Shown in pieces: positions 63,573 through 64,000 of a stretch of DNA of 64,000 bases. Position numbers and translations under genes: made by a program. The stretch is from positions 1-64,000 of the IMG/VR virus record IMGVR_UViG_3300049459_000229; one strand, written 5' to 3'. The number at the start of each line of letters is the position of its first letter. Position 1 is the stretch's first letter. Source of the DNA: a virus. The notes beneath the pieces are model-generated. The model did not search any database and was not told the origin of the DNA. It saw only the letters and a list, made by a program, of their open reading frames with translations.

Positions 63573-64000
63573 TGACCACCAAAACCCTCCCCCAACTCGC
63601 GATCGATGTGAAATCCGACTTCGCCGGCATGCGCTTCCCCGTCTGGGGCTTCATCAAGGTTGACGGCGTGCGCGGCTGCCACGTGACCGGCAAATTCACC
63701 GGCCGCTCGCTGGAAGACATGAAGAACACGGCGCTGGCCGAGAAGTTCAGCGGCCCGGAGTACGCCGGCTTCGATGGCGAGCTCACGATTGATGGCTACC
63801 TGACCAACCGCGCGCTGCCGGCCGACTTGCGCCCCGAGGGCAACGAGACGCTGTGCAGCCTGACGACCGGCATCACCAACCGCGCGAAGATTAAGAAGGG
63901 CGAGATGGCGCTGCCGACGAACGTGGTCTGGAACCTGTTCGACTATCTGGCGCCGGACCTCGTGGACCAACCATACGAGATCCGCTACGCCGCTCTGAAA
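63572..64000 (+). CDS. ATP-dependent DNA ligase (3' end outside window)
   Basis: Translated by hand: MTTKTLPQLA...IKVDGVRG (motif I KxDGxR)...GFDGEL (motif III)...NLFD. Confidence 0.88.
   Translation, partial: MTTKTLPQLAIDVKSDFAGMRFPVWGFIKVDGVRGCHVTGKFTGRSLEDMKNTALAEKFSGPEYAGFDGELTIDGYLTNRALPADLRPEGNETLCSLTTGITNRAKIKKGEMALPTNVVWNLFDYLAPDLVDQPYEIRYAALK

Overview
The whole window is part of a GC-rich tailed dsDNA phage genome (siphovirus-type; a Proteobacterial, probably Burkholderiales-like, host is inferred). No host genes, integrase, tRNA or CRISPR array are visible. Organisation: (1) 1-11.9 kb, minus-strand morphogenesis genes: HTH protein, small terminase, GpA-type large terminase, portal, S49 protease, scaffold, decoration protein, major capsid, head-tail genes, tail tube. 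(2) An AT-rich, probably curved packaging/terminus region near 12 kb. (3) 12.4-15.5 kb: a hairpin-dense non-coding stretch, a degenerate HNH gene and an origin-like AT/poly-G region. (4) 15.5-39.7 kb: about 70 small, translationally coupled plus-strand early/accessory genes. (5) 39.7-45.1 kb: an inverted island encoding fibre, adaptor, Ig-domain and esterase proteins. (6) 45.2-64 kb, replication and nucleotide metabolism: RdgC, C5 methyltransferase, deaminase, SF2 helicase, primase-helicase, SSB, DEDDh exonuclease, two MazG-fold enzymes, dNMP kinase, TraR/DksA finger, full-length Pol I, ATP-dependent ligase. The most striking signal is four perfect and one near-perfect sigma54 (-24/-12) sites, all intergenic; four of them lie antiparallel inside the sigma70-type promoters of structural genes, suggesting RpoN-mediated gating of late transcription. 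Also notable is a methyltransferase split across two nested reading frames. All functional calls come from motif recognition by eye; no database searches were run.
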